This document shows positions 1 to 13,189 of a DNA stretch of 64,000 nt, in pieces. Each line of letters begins with the position of its first letter. The first letter of the stretch is position 1. The notes below the pieces were generated by a model, which saw only the letters and a program-made list of their open reading frames with translations, did not search any database and was not told the origin of the DNA. This stretch comes from the human T2T-CHM13v2.0 reference genome, Homo sapiens: assembly GCF_009914755.1 (NCBI RefSeq), contig NC_060947.1; one strand, written 5' to 3'. A program made the position numbers and the translations under genes.

Positions 1-1188
1 AGAGAACCACAATAAGAATGAGTTGTCCCTAAGTTCCCTCCCTCATCTCTTTCCCAAAAGCCATTCAAGACTAGAAACTAGCTCTGGCATTCAGGTTCCC
101 TGTGCAAGTTTCCCAGTTTTTTCTCTCTTCAGCCTCATCATCAGCATTGGCTCTCCATCCACTCTCAGCAAATTATCCTGGTTTGTTGGATAATTTGAGC
201 TCTCTCAATGGAAGTGGTGCTTCCTGGCAGCATCTAGTCAGCCAACTTGTCCTCTTTCTCATTCTCTATTGTTTTAAAAGGGAAAGCACTGTGTATGTGT
301 ATATAATGGTAGAATGTATGATACGAATGTCAAAGTCATTATATCCTAATTGCATGTTTTTCCATGAAGTTTATATCTAGGTCATTAGCTGAGGTAGGTG
401 ATTCTGACTAAGACTTTGAGAAGAAAAAATAAGGGTTAAAATACCTGTCTTTGAGAAAAGGAAATGAAATTTTTAGAGAAGTGTAGTAAAAATTTTGTCA
501 GTGTTGATTATTCACTTGATAAACTATGTCATAACTTTTCAGCAAATCCAGTCAACATGGTTTTGTGAGTTTTCTCCAACATCATCCAGATATTTTGTAC
601 ACCATGGAGTTAACAGTAAACTATATTGATCTAAAAAGGTTGAAACCCAATAGCCAAAGATAGAACCATGAGATTGTGTAGCTGAATTGAGGTGGATGAT
701 AAAAACATTAGCCATGAGACGAAAGAAGCTAGCCTGATGAAGAATCAGAAGCTAGCATCTTGAGTTTCTTGTCTATATGGATAAAGAAGTTTTTAGGAAT
801 GATGATGAAGTGAGCTACCGTAAAATAAGTATTAAATTAAATATTTTATGAATTAAATATTGTGTCTAGGTTGATACATGTCAGCGACATGGAGCACTTG
901 CAAGTAGTAACATCCAATGATATATTTGAAAGGAACTTGTTTTTGTATAAAAGGAAGACAGTCTGGAAGTGGTGGGAAGTAAGGAAGCCGCTTATCTATC
1001 ACCAGGCTCTGGCATGATGCAGATGGGGAGGAGGCTGTGCTTGAGAGAGCTTTAGAAAAAGCTGTATCTTTTTGAGTGAAATAAAGTGAAAGGCGTATTC
1101 AAGGTACAGTTGGAATATGTAGAAATGTTTGCTATTGATCACTTTTGAGCTCCAGAAAGACAACTACAACATTTAGTAAAGGTGGTGA

Positions 1189-1234
1189 AGTGTGTGCTTG
1201 TGTGTGTGTGTTAGTGTGTATGTGTGTCTGTGTG
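1189..1234. repeat. Imperfect (TG)n microsatellite
   Basis: gtgtgtgcttgtgtgtgtgtgttagtgtgtatgtgtgtctgtgtg seen directly. Confidence 0.85.
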
Positions 1235-1494
1235 CTATAGTGGGGAAAGGGAATGAGGTCAGATTTGAGGATTTATAGACAACTATGGGATTGAGTGTTT
1301 ATAGAAGGATGTATTGCTCAGTGATGCGCGGTGACACTAGACTTGAAAGTAGGAACAAGCAGAATATGAATATGTTTCAGTGGCAGCTGGAAACACTGGA
1401 AGTTTGACTTATTTTCTATTCTATTTTCACTGCCTACAAATAGGCTAAGGATGTATAAGGATGTATCTTTTGATCCATTAAAGCTGATCCATGG

Positions 1495-1592
1495 AGCAAA
1501 AATTCTGGATATAATGCTTCAGTGAAGAATCTGCATTTTGAAACACTCCTCAGGTGATTCAGATGTTCAGTAACGTTTGAGAGAGACTGGTT
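1495..1592. mobile_element. MER5A-like hAT-Charlie DNA transposon fragment
   Basis: gaatctgcattttgaaacactcctcaggtgattc...tttgagagagactg resembles the MER5A terminal motif (recalled consensus). Confidence 0.6.
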
Positions 1593-2118
1593 TAGTAAAA
1601 ATTTATAGAAGACTTACCACAATAATTATTTATATTTATATATTTATATATATATGTGTGTATATATATACACATTTATATACTATTTGAAAATAGAATG
1701 TGAATCATATATAAATAACCTTATAATGATTGAGGGTACTTAAAGCAATAAACTCTTGAGCATTTTATGCATTAGTTTTATAATTATTTTTATTTAATTA
1801 ATGTGCATACTCCTTGAAGAAAAGAATTGCTAAGCAAAGGTAAACTAGGAATTACCTTCTATTCAATTATCATGAATGTTTAATTAAAAGATTTTAAATT
1901 AATTGTGTTACATTATTTACTTGTGTATGTAATTAATCTACATTTAGAATTTATTATTAAATGTTTGGGAAAGCAGTATCAAAATTCTTGAATGTATATG
2001 GTTTTGAAAAAGTCTTGTATAATTGCTCCTATTTGAAATATTATTACAATGCAAAAGTTTGTTATTTATAGCTATAATTTAATTCTAATGCTTATCTGCC
2101 AATACCTCTATGTTGGTG

Positions 2119-2368
2119 ATACAATAACTAACATGTATTACAGGCTTAGTAGATTCCAGGTGTCAATGTATGTACTAATAAACCTATTCATCACAACCAC
2201 CTTATGAGTCAGTTACTATTTTTTGTCTGTTTTAAGCTCTCAGGAAAACTGAAGTATATGTTTGTTAAATAATTTGATCAAGGTCTCCCATTTAGTAAGT
2301 GGCAGGGCAGAGACCCCAAAATAAGTAGTTAGATTCCAAGCCTGAACTGTTAATTACTGTATTCTATA
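2119..2368 (-). mobile_element. MIR SINE
   Basis: tcacaaccaccttatgag...ggaaaactgaag...aaggtc...agtaagtggcagggcag matches the reverse complement of the MIR core. Confidence 0.75.
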
Positions 2369-2687
2369 GCTTCCTAAAACTACTGCTCAAAGGGCAGTGG
2401 TAGACAATTTGTAATGAATAGATCTTTAAAATTTAGGTGGTTCAATATTTTATGTTGGTTTATTTAGGTGGTTCAATATTCAGAGGAAAATGTAATTATG
2501 ACTTACCCATTAAAAAGCTATAAAAATTCCATGCAATACCTATTTTCTTGCAGCAAAAAGCAGGACATGATAGTGAAATAAACAGAGTCAGTGAAAGTGT
2601 AATTTTAATCTTCGGCCACTCACCAAAATTGACACACAACAATTTAAAAAAAAAATGTGACATCCTTGCATTTCTAACCTAAATTGG

Positions 2688-2845
2688 TGTTTTCCAAATT
2701 TCCCAAGTGGATATCTTGATACATTACATATTCCTAAGAACATCCACTGGGGTTTCTGGTTCATTCGGTCCAAACTTGTAAGTAAGAAATATTTATTTTA
2801 AACAAACACCCTACTTGATTTTTATGATCTGGGAAGCAATGGCCT
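2688..2845. mobile_element. Degenerate MER5-family DNA transposon
   Basis: ttttaaacaaacaccc...tgatttttatgatctgggaagcaatgg resembles a MER5 end; highly diverged. Confidence 0.35.
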
Positions 2846-3626
2846 GAACTCTAGATTAAATTGTTTTGGAGTTGTAAAGTATGATCTAAGAATATACAAG
2901 CACATCTCTTTGTTAAACCAAAACGACATTTGATTAAAAAGATTTTTGAAAATTGAAGCATGATTTTAAATTCTGAGACAGCAATGATTTATCTTGCTGC
3001 TGATTTTTTTCTAGAAAAGTACACTTTTGTTATAGCCATTACCCCTTCACCCTTGCCTTCTTATTTATTTGTATTTTTTAATTTAATATAAAATTTTGTT
3101 GACACTCTACTTCTACACTTCAATTCAGAAGAGTTATATTTCACAATACCTTAGAACAAGGATTCAGCTTAGGATCAGACAAGTACACATCATGTAAAAA
3201 TTGTAATATTATTGTGAATCAGCGTCATTCTCTGTGTCTTCAACTTCACACATAGTATCAGAACATGGAAGCAAAATGCTGAATAGAAAAAAATAGAAAA
3301 TTAATATTAATATGGGAATCTAGGAAAGGACTAAATTTGTTGCTTGAGATTTAAAATACTGTAGAATTCTGGTTTTGTGCTCACATATTTGTTTGCAACT
3401 TCATTTGTCGTTCATTTCTTGAAGAAGGAAGGTAATTTTTTAAATGAGGTATTTTCCAAAGTCGTCTTCAGTGTGACTACTGTGGGCATCTTTTAGCCCC
3501 CTCAATGGTAGAAAACAGAGAATTACTGAACAAAAAGTAACCCACAAAGCTGATTTCCCTGCTATGATAATTCATAGTAATCCACTGAGTGATTGAAACT
3601 GTATATTCTGCTTGCTGAAATTAATG

Positions 3627-3930
3627 TGTTTTGTTTGTTTGTTTGTTTGATTTTAAGACAGGGTTTCATTCTATTGCTCAGGCTGGAGTACAGTGGTATG
3701 GTCATAACTCACTGTAACCTTGAACTTCTGGGCTCAAGCAATCCTCCCACATCAACTTCCCAAGTAGCAAGGACTACTGTTGCATGTTACCACACCCAAC
3801 TAAATTCTTTTTCATTTTCTATAGAGATGAGGTCTCACAATGTTGCCCAGGATGATCTCAAACTCCTGGCCTCAAGCAACCCCCCAACTTCCGCCTCCCA
3901 AAGAGGTGGGATTACAGGCATGAGTCATGT
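3627..3930 (-). mobile_element. AluJ SINE
   Basis: Antisense dimeric Alu with J-type motifs (gggctcaagcaatcctccc, gttgcccagg) and a (TTTG)n tail. Confidence 0.92.
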
Positions 3931-4819
3931 TTTAACATCTAGAAGAGGATTGTCAGGAATAAATTCAGAATACCCATATTACCTATTTCCAGTACCAATC
4001 TCCGAATTTTTTTTAGTTAATAAGCACTTTCTCTTCTTCTGTTTCATATCCTTGGAATTTGTTTAATTTATGCTTTCTTTCTAATTTCCCAACCCTAGAT
4101 TTTCTCTATCCTGCAAAGTCATCAAGACTCTTACTTTGCTAGTTCTAAATTCTGATAGAACATAGAATAATGGAAATAAAACCATGTGTTTTCAATTGTA
4201 GCACACATACATTGATGGCCTATTTGTGTAAAAATATGGATTCTTTCTTTATTTATTTTCTTTATTACTGACATGATCTGGCATCTCCTGCTTTCAATTT
4301 GTCCTGAGAATTTGTATACATAGATCTTACATTCAATAAGATATTGGTTTCTAAAGACAGAAGAAAATTAAGACAACCTTCAGTCCAAATCAAGAAAAAT
4401 GAAGAATAAGAAGTCCATATAAATAAAGATCCACAATCTCCTGGGTACAATGACATTTTTAGAACAAGCACAGATACCTAATTTCTGTTCTCTACATTAT
4501 GAAGAAAGAAAGGCTAAAGAAATTAAAACCCAAAGAAAATCATTTCCCAGACACAGAGTAGTTTATCAACCACATGCTCTGAATTTAAAGTAATTTCTAC
4601 TAGATAAATTTCTGAAGAGAATAGTTTAAAAGGAAACACAAAGTGTTAACTCCCAATTAAGTGAGGCAATGCCAAAAATAAATTGCAAGGACATAGGATA
4701 TTAGGCAAAAATTATGAAATGAGACAAAAATCTATGACATTATAGTGATATTTTTCAAAAAGAAATGATGTCTGTGAGCATCTAGTCAGCAAAAAATGCA
4801 ACCACCATCACGTCACTGT

Positions 4820-5420
4820 TCTTTTTATTTTCTCTCAAATTTCATTTTAAAAAATGTCAAACGTACAGAAAATAGAGTACTTCTCTACCCATCCACTAAA
4901 TTGAATGATTATGAATGTTTTACCCTATTACATTTCTGTATGTGTGTGTGTATACATACACACACATATATACACCTGACATTTACATTTCATATCCTGA
5001 GCCATTTAAGTTGCAGGAATCTTAAAAAATTTACCCCTAAATATTTCCAGAAGCATCTTCTAAGAAAGGAGACATTTTGTTATATGACCACAATGCTGTT
5101 ATTACCAATTAAATAGAATTACCTAATATGATCTAGTGTCTACCCATATTTAAGTGTCCCCAGTTGTCCTCAATTTCGAAACATCTGGGATTTTTTAAGT
5201 ATTCGTTTTTTGGGGCTAAGATCTAATAGCATTTGCCCATTGTATTTGGTTGTTATGTCTCTTTAGACAGTTTTAATCCAGAAAGGTTTCCAATCCTTTT
5301 GTTCTCTCATAACATTGACTTTTTGAGGAATTCAGGTCAGTTTTCTTGTAGAATGCTACATATTCGAGAACTATCTATCTTCTTTAGGTATTATATAATT
5401 TGTTTCTCTATTTCCTGAAT
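4820..5420 (-). mobile_element. Old L1 3' end (L1MC4/L1MC5-like)
   Basis: tttacccctaaatattt, cattgtatttggttgttatgtctctttag and cattgactttttgagga...tgtagaatg are characteristic L1MC 3'UTR motifs. Confidence 0.7.
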
Positions 5421-6631
5421 TTAACTATGTATCTCTAAATAAAGCAAAAATCAACTTCATTTTTATCACATTAAATAGAAGAAAATAAATGGTATAATAA
5501 ACATTTCGAATGAAAATAATGTGACTAAAAGAGTTTCTGTATATTTAAGTACATATTCATGTATGAGACGACAAGAAGATATTCTCAGGAGTGTAATATT
5601 CAAAAATAATATGAACATTGAATTCAGAAGTCATGGCATAAAAGGACTGCTGTAAAACTTTTCAACAAGTACTGACTTTTAAAATCTTATAAATATGTTT
5701 GCAAAGTAATGCAAAAATGAAGTAATTTATGACAGAACACCTCTGCAGCTTAGAAAGACAAAATGGTGTGGAGAGATTCACATCATAAACATTTTTCCAG
5801 GAATCAATGCAGGAACTTAACAGGAAAACTGAAAGATACCACACACTTTTATGAAAGAGGTGGTGGGCTGCAGCCTACACCATGAGCCAAGCTGAAAAAA
5901 CATGTGGAAAAAGAAAGGAAAGTGAAGCAGTGACCTAGGCAATAGAAATTTTTTGGCCTGACCTATTTCATTAGATGATTATATTGACGTTAATAAAATG
6001 TTTTATGATAATAGTCATTTTATCTTAAATATTCTCCGTTACCGACACGCACAAACCATAAACACACATTATGGATCTGCAGTGATTACAACTTGCTGGT
6101 GAAGAATCTACATGTTTATAATATCTGTCTTAGTTATACTTATATTGCATGCCATTATTTTGTAGAATTATTGCTACCACTATCATATAGTCTTCTTTTG
6201 GCCAAGTATGTTAATAATATGTTAATAATTGAAATAACAAATAATGTTTTTAATTTGTGTAGACTAATTTTACAAGACTTGAATCCATATCTATGCTACT
6301 ATGATTATATGAAAATTAGATATATCTGCTATAATTTTTTCATAAAACTTAACTAAAGAACGTTAGCTAGGCAAGTGATATTATATACATATCACAAGGA
6401 CATGTGAAAACCCATGATAAATTCATTAAAAAGCAAAAAGAAAATTATATATGTTTCATTATAATTTTAATAAAATAAGTGTTACTATAAGCTATATTAA
6501 AATCATATTTTTTGGGAACTTGCCATGAATTCTTTTATAAATGAAGTTCCATTGGAAGATGGTGTGTCATTATGTAGCCTATATTGATCACCTTTATAAC
6601 TAAAGTTTTGGAGAAATTGTCTTTGTGTATA

Positions 6632-7378
6632 ATTTTTTATTGTGGTAAAAATTGCACAACGTGAAATCTAATCCCTTAACAAATTTTTAAGTATACAGTA
6701 CAGTGTTGTTAACGATATCCAGATTTCTGTACAGAAGATTTCTTGAATTTTTCATTTTGCTTGAAGGAAACTCTATATTCATTGAATGGCAACATCCCAT
6801 TTCTTCATCTCCCCACTGTCTAGCAAACATCATTTTATTTCCTCTGCTTCCATGAGTTTGATTATTTTGGTGATACGTATACATAGAGTTGTGGAGTATT
6901 TGTCTTTCTGTGACTAGTTGATTTCACTTAGCATAATGTTCTGAAGGTTCATCTATGTTGTAGCATGTGACAGGATTTCCTTCTTTTTTAAGGATGAATT
7001 ATATTTTGTTGTATGTGTATGTAACATTTTCTCTATCAGTTCGTTCATCAATGGACAGGTAAGTTGTTTCCACTTCTTGGTTATTCTTAATCATGATGTA
7101 ATAAACACAGAAGTACAAATATATGATATCCTGACTTCAATTCCTTTGAATAAATATCCAGAAATAAAATTGCTGGCTCATATGGTAGTTTTATTTTTAA
7201 TTATTTTAGGAACTTCTATACTGTATTTCATTGTGGCTGCACCATTTTACATTCCCATCAACATATACAAGGTTTCCAATATCTCCACTATTTATTTATT
7301 TAATTTATATAATGGCCATCCTAACAGGTGTTAGGTGATATTTAATTGGGCTTTTTATTTGCATTTTCCTGATGATTT
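6632..7378 (-). mobile_element. L1MA/L1MB 3' end (first segment of the 6632-10183 element)
   Basis: Antisense L1 3'UTR and ORF2 C-terminus (tttcacttagcataatg, gtggctgcaccattttacattccca). Confidence 0.9.
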
Positions 7379-7839
7379 GTAAATTGGAAAAATATGATGC
7401 TGACATGACATGTGCTTTTGGCTAAGGATATGAAAATGGAACAGAGAAGAGGGGTGCATACAAACAGTGACCAAACCATTTTTTCCTGTGAAAATTGTAA
7501 TGGTAAAATGTGTGTCTTATTCAGTATACAATGTTTGATTTAAACTGCAATTATGTTGCTTTCTGACTTAGAATATGATAACCTTTTTAGATTTGTACAA
7601 ATTTTTAATCTCAATCAACAGAAAATATTATTATGCCTGTCCTAAAATATATATAAACACATATGTAGATACACGATGGTCATCAAAGTCACATGCAATT
7701 ATTGCATTTATGCACAAACTAAAGACATTTGCCAAGTATTAAAAGGTAATATCAAATGACACAGTACATTATGCTAAATTCTAAAACACCTTAACATAAA
7801 TTGACCACATATCTTTATGCAATTTAAATTGATGAGATA

Positions 7840-9590
7840 ATATTTTTAATCAAGTCCAATTTTATTATTTTGCTTGTGGATAACCAGTTTTTCCAATACC
7901 ATTTGTTGAAGAGACTAATCTTTTCCCCATTGTATAGTGTTGGCAACCATGTTGAAGGTTATTTAACCATATGTGTGTGGGCCTATTTATAGGCTGTCTA
8001 TTGTATTGGTTTATACATCCAGTCTTATGTTAGTGTCATACTATTTTGATCACCATAGTGTTGTAATGTGTTTTGAAGTCAGGAAGTGCGAGATCTCCAG
8101 TTTTGTTCTTATTTATCAAGATTGCCTTGCTAGTCAAGATTCTGTGTGCTTTCATAAAAATTTTGGATTTTTTTTGTATTTCTGTAAAACATACCATTGA
8201 GATTTTAATAGAGATTGCATTGAATCTGTAAATCACTTTGGGTAGTATGGGCATTTCAACAGTATTTTCACTTCATGTACATGGGATATCTTTCCATTTA
8301 TTTAGGTCTTCTTTATTTCAGCAATATTTGCTAATTTTTAGTATACCAGTCTTTTGCTGTTTTGATTAACTGTATTCCTAAGAATTTTATTCTTTTTGAT
8401 GCTATCGTAAATGGGATTGCTTTTTAAATATTCTTTTCAAATTGTTTGTTCTTAGCACGCAGAAATGCAATTCATTTTTATATTGACTGTCCTGTAATTT
8501 TGTTGAATTCCTTTATTCTAATAGATTTTTTGTGTGAAATCTTTAGGGTTGTTTACATATAAGACCATGTGAGGCCAGGCGTCGTGGCTGACGCCTGTAA
8601 TCCCAACACTTTGGGAAGCAGAGGCGGGTGGATCACGAGGTCAGGAGATCGAGATTATCCTAGCTAACACGGTGAAACCCCGTCTCTACTAAAAATACAA
8701 AAATTAGCCAGGCGTGGTGGTGTGTGCCTGTAGTCCCAGCTACTCAGGAGGCTGAGGCAAGAGAATCACTTGAACCCAGGAGGCGGAAGTTGCAGTGAGC
8801 GAGATAGCACCACTGCACTGCAGCCTGAGTGACAGAGTGAGACTCCATCTCAAACAAACAAACAAACAAAAACCATGTGAGTTATGAACAGACGTAGTTT
8901 CCTTCCAATTTTGATGCCTTTTATTTATTTTTCCTGACTAATTGTTCTGGCTAAGACTTCCAGTACTACACCGAATAGCATTGGTAAGAGTGAAGATTCT
9001 TGTATTGTTTCTGATTTTAGAGAAAAAGCTTTCAATTCTTTACTGTTGTATATGACATTAGCCATGATCATTTCATATATGGCCTTTATTATAATGAGGT
9101 AATTTTTCTATTTCTAAATTGTTGAGTGTGTTTGTCAAAAAAGGGTGCTGAACTTTGTCATTCTATTTTACATGTGGTGTAATTTTTATGTAAATTTTAT
9201 CTTTCATTCTGTTAATAGGGTTATTACATTGATTTATTTTCGAAAGTTGAACCATCCTTGTATCCCAAAAATAAGCCCTACTTGGTCTTGCTGTATGGTC
9301 CCTTTAACATGCTGTTAAATTTGGTTTGCTATTATTTTTTTGAAGATTTTTGCATATATATTAATCAGGGGTCTTGGTTTCTAGTTTTTTTTTTTTTCTC
9401 TCGGTGTCTTTCTGTGACTTTGCTATGAGCATAATACTAGCCTCAGAAAATGAGTTTGGAAGTGTTCTTTTAAATTATTTTGGAAGAGTTTGAGAATAAA
9501 TAACTTTATTTTTTATGCTTTGGTAGATTGCTCAAGTGAAGCCAGTTATCTAGTCCTTGGCTTTTCTTTGTTAGAAGATTTGCTTCTCTT
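7840..9590 (-). mobile_element. L1MA/L1MB ORF2 segment (interrupted by an Alu)
   Basis: ORF 8036-8254 encodes [16 protein letters not shown]...LPDFKTHY, i.e. L1 ORF2; collinear with the first segment. Confidence 0.9.
8573..8871 (+). mobile_element. AluSc-like SINE with TSD
   Basis: Full-length Alu (ggatcacgaggtcaggagatcgag), (CAAA)n tail, TSD ACCATGTGA at 8564-8572 and 8872-8880. Confidence 0.96.
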
Positions 9591-9674
9591 GTAGCTTTTC
9601 TTTTTCTCTTTTGCTAGCTTCCTTTGTGTTTTATTGATATTTTTTAGTGATATGATTTTATTATTATCTTTTTG

Positions 9675-10183
9675 ATTCTGGGAGTTAGAGATTTTCTCCT
9701 GCTGGTTTCATGCTGAGCCAGGTGAGGGACTGTAGGGAGTGGTCAAGTGCTAATCTAAATTGGCACCTTCGTCCTCATAGGTCCCCAAATTGAAGCCTTT
9801 TCTTGTCAGTGCTTATATTCTGGCAAGACAGAAGGCAGTCTCCCAGGCAGTCTTACCACCCCAAAGAAAAGGCAGAATATTTGATATATGGTTCAGTCTT
9901 CTCTTTTCTCCCCAGGAAGAAGCTAAGACCTGGGAGATTTCTCTCTATTGTACCATCACAGTGTACCGGGGAGGGACTATGGTTGGTGAATGCCACAGAT
10001 TTTTTTTTTTACCAGCTTCTATGTGGCTGGTTTCAAAATCATCTAGGGTACAAAAGCCTCTTTCTTAACAGGTTTTTGGGTTTCTCACAAAGGTAATTGT
10101 TTCATATATTTTCTTTGAGTCAGTATCTACATGAGTTAGAGGGTCTGGAGCTTCCTATTTTACCACCTTGCTGACATCACCTA
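9675..10183 (-). mobile_element. L1M-type 5'UTR (5' terminus of the 6632-10183 element)
   Basis: Minus strand starts GTGATGTCAGCAAGGTGGTAAAATAGGAAGCTCC, like old L1 5' ends; flanks GTCTTTGTGTATA (6619-6631) and GTCTTTCTGTACA (10184-10196) form an 11/13 TSD. Confidence 0.75.
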
Positions 10184-10386
10184 GTCTTTCTGTACATTTT
10201 ATTTTAATGGAGTTTATAGATTAAAATTGACTTCTAAAAAGTAATGTATACCACATATGAAATAACTTACCACCTAAAATACCCTTTACAAAGAAAAATA
10301 ATAATTTAATTAGTTATCAGCAAAGTAAGCACTCCTGTTACTTAGTTGGAAATGACTTTACATTTGGCTCTATCTTGCACTATTCA

Positions 10387-11089
10387 TGTAGTCATCCAGT
10401 GGGTTCTCCTTGCCTGCTGCCTAGAAAAAGTCGATTTATCAAGATGGGAATTGCAATAGAGAAAGAGTTTAATTCGTGCAGAACTGGCTATACTGGAGAC
10501 CAAAATTTTATTATTACTGATATCAGTCTCCCGAAAAACTCAGGATGAGGTTTATAAGGATAATTTGGTGGGTAGTGGGTTGGAAAGCAGGGAGTGCTGA
10601 TTGGCCGGGTCAGAGATGAGATTATAGGTAGTCCAAGCAATACTCTTGTGTTGAGTCAGTTCCTGGGTGGGGGACACAAGACCAGATGAACCAGTTTATT
10701 GATCTGGGTGGTTCCAGCTAATCCATGGAGTGCAAGGTCTTCAAAATATCTCAAATACTGATATTAGGGTTTACAATAGTGATATTATCCCCAGGAGCAA
10801 TTTGGGAAGGTTCAGAATCATAATTTCTAATCTTGTAGCTAATTCGTTAGGCCTGTAAAGGCAGTCCAGTCTCAAGACAGGAAAGTGATTTGTTTTGAGA
10901 AAGGGCTGTTATCATTTTTGTTTCAAAGTTAAACTATAAATTAAATTCCTCCCAAAGTTAGTTCAGCCTACACCCACTAATAAACACAGACAGTTTGGAA
11001 GGTAGGAGCAAATAAGATGGAGTTGATTGGGTAAGATGTCTTTTGCTGTAATGATTTTCTCAGTTATAATTTTTGCAAAGGTGGTTTCA
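10387..11089 (-). mobile_element. Solo LTR, LTR8-like (ERV1)
   Basis: TG...CA termini; minus strand starts TGAAACCACCTTTGCAAAAATTATAACTGAG; perfect 4-bp TSD TTCA at 10383-10386 and 11090-11093. Confidence 0.9.
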
Positions 11090-12203
11090 TTCAAAATTGC
11101 TCCTTGAATCTTGGATTAAATGTCATATCATGGGTATATTTGTTGCATTTTCAAAAGCGGATTGTTTCCTCTTTCTCTGTAATTGTGTTTCAGTTGTGGT
11201 TGATTCACAATTTTAGTATATCTATGTAGAAAGCAGGTATATATGTGCATAAGCACAAAACTTCCATCACATCCCTGGACTATGCATTATAAGTTGTTTT
11301 TTGAGTTGGCTAAATGAGAATATTTTTGCAAGAGATCAGTTTCTAGATTAAACCTATTTTATTAACAGTTAAAAAGGTGACCGTCATTTTGAAAATAATA
11401 TAAACATTTTGTAGGTTAAATATTTGTTCACAGTATATGACTGTTTTTAGTTTTAACTTAATAAGAAGACTTGGATACACTGATAGCTATAAAAATCCAG
11501 TCCTAAACTACTTGCCATAAAAATGCTATGAGCTTTAGAGTTCGGAGTTCTAGCATATTGAATAGTAAAACATTAAAGAAGATCACTTGTTCATTAAAAT
11601 ATGATATAATACTCTTCATCTTCTAAAGCAGAATGTGTTTTTGTTTGTGTGCTTACTTACTAGAAAAAACAGATAAAAGAAGACTGTCACATTGCATGTA
11701 ATGCCTTACTTTTAGGTTGAAAATAAGCAGAGATTTATACAATTCATTCTGTTTGCTTTTGTTGTATTTTTGAAACTTCAAGGAAAATTATTATTTTTTC
11801 CTTTTCTAGCAAATAAATCCATTTCCACTGACAAATTGTAACTTTGGAGAAATGGAATATTTTCTTCCATTTTTGAAATAAAACTTTAGTAATAATTTTG
11901 ATATTCTACTTTACCTTTAATTCATAATTCATTAATTTTAAGAAAATTTGATTAAAATAACTTTAAAATTAAATTAATACAGGCTTGTTTTCTTGGATTT
12001 TATTTAATCAAGGCTTTTAGTTTACTGTTACTATTTTTCAGTAGTGTTTTCTTATTTTTATGACTGTTAATGACTTATTTACTTCTTTCATTCTTTCAAT
12101 GTTATTCCCTGTCGAGGCCATAAATTTCTACCTATCTCTGGAAATAGCACATCCTGTCTATCCTTCAGTCCCTAGACCAGATTTCTTTTTCCACTCAGCC
12201 TTC

Positions 12204-12671
12204 TGTATTGGTAGGATTTCAATTAGTCGCAACAAATAATATATCTGACAAATGCTGGTTTAAACAAATACAAGAAATGCAGAGTGATTCAATCCAGGCA
12301 GGTTTATGGCTTATTGAAATAATCAAGGATGAAGATCTTTTCTACACTTCTACTCCGCCATCCTTACATGCATGCTTCATTATGATCGTTGCAAGATGGC
12401 TGCTTCATCTCCAGCTTATTTCTGCTTTCCAGGCAGGTGGGAGGCAGAAGGATAACGAAAAATGAGCCAAAAAATTTAGTTTTTTAAGGCATTCCTGGGT
12501 CCATATTAATGATTTCTTCTTAGCTTTTATTAGTCAAGCTGGATGTTGTATATGATCTTACCTGCAAGTGAGTTTTGTAAGGTAAATGTTTAGCTTTCTA
12601 TACTATATAGTAAAAGAAATGAAAAAGAGGAGGTTCTGAAAGTGTTTAGGTTAGCCAATTCAAATCATCAC
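12204..12671 (-). mobile_element. MaLR LTR (MLT1J/K-like)
   Basis: tgtattggtaggat terminus and gttgcaagatggctgc...tccaggcagg motifs. Confidence 0.7.
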
Positions 12672-12751
12672 ATCTTATACGTTCTTCCTGCTTGTTACAT
12701 AGAAGTGGCTTTCTCTCTTTTGATTCCTACATTTGTATTATGGCAACTGTT

Positions 12752-13010
12752 GTAATAAAATTGAGTGCCATTTACTGCGTTCTTACCAAATGATAACACA
12801 GTGCTTGGGTTATTTTTAATTCACTTAATCCTAACAGGAACCATATAAATATACAGGCTTATAATTCCTGATGCACTAATGAGAACACTAAGGGCCAGAG
12901 TGATTTAAAAGTCTTTTCCAAACACTCCTAACCAGTGAATAATAGAGCTAGAATAGTTGAGCATGTTCATCTAACTCTAAACTCCATGATTTTGATAACT
13001 ATAATATATT
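12752..13010 (-). mobile_element. MIR SINE
   Basis: ccatttactg...ttaatcctaaca...atgagaacactaagg...agagctagaa follows antisense MIR. Confidence 0.65.
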
Positions 13011-13189
13011 ATCTCCTACTCTAGCTGGATTTTATTTACATTGTATATCTGTGCCTATCTTGACTACTATCTCTTAAAAGGTAAAACTTTGATTCATTTA
13101 TTAATAGCACCATTTCAGAGTATAACCTAGTCCCAGGTAGACAATATGTATTTAGAGAATGTAAATAGTATTTTTATCAGAAAGTGCCT

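Noticed and set aside
3593-4066. 157-aa ORF, the longest in the track
   Set aside because: Mostly antisense AluJ translation (LEYSG, LELLGSSNPP); a well-known artefact.
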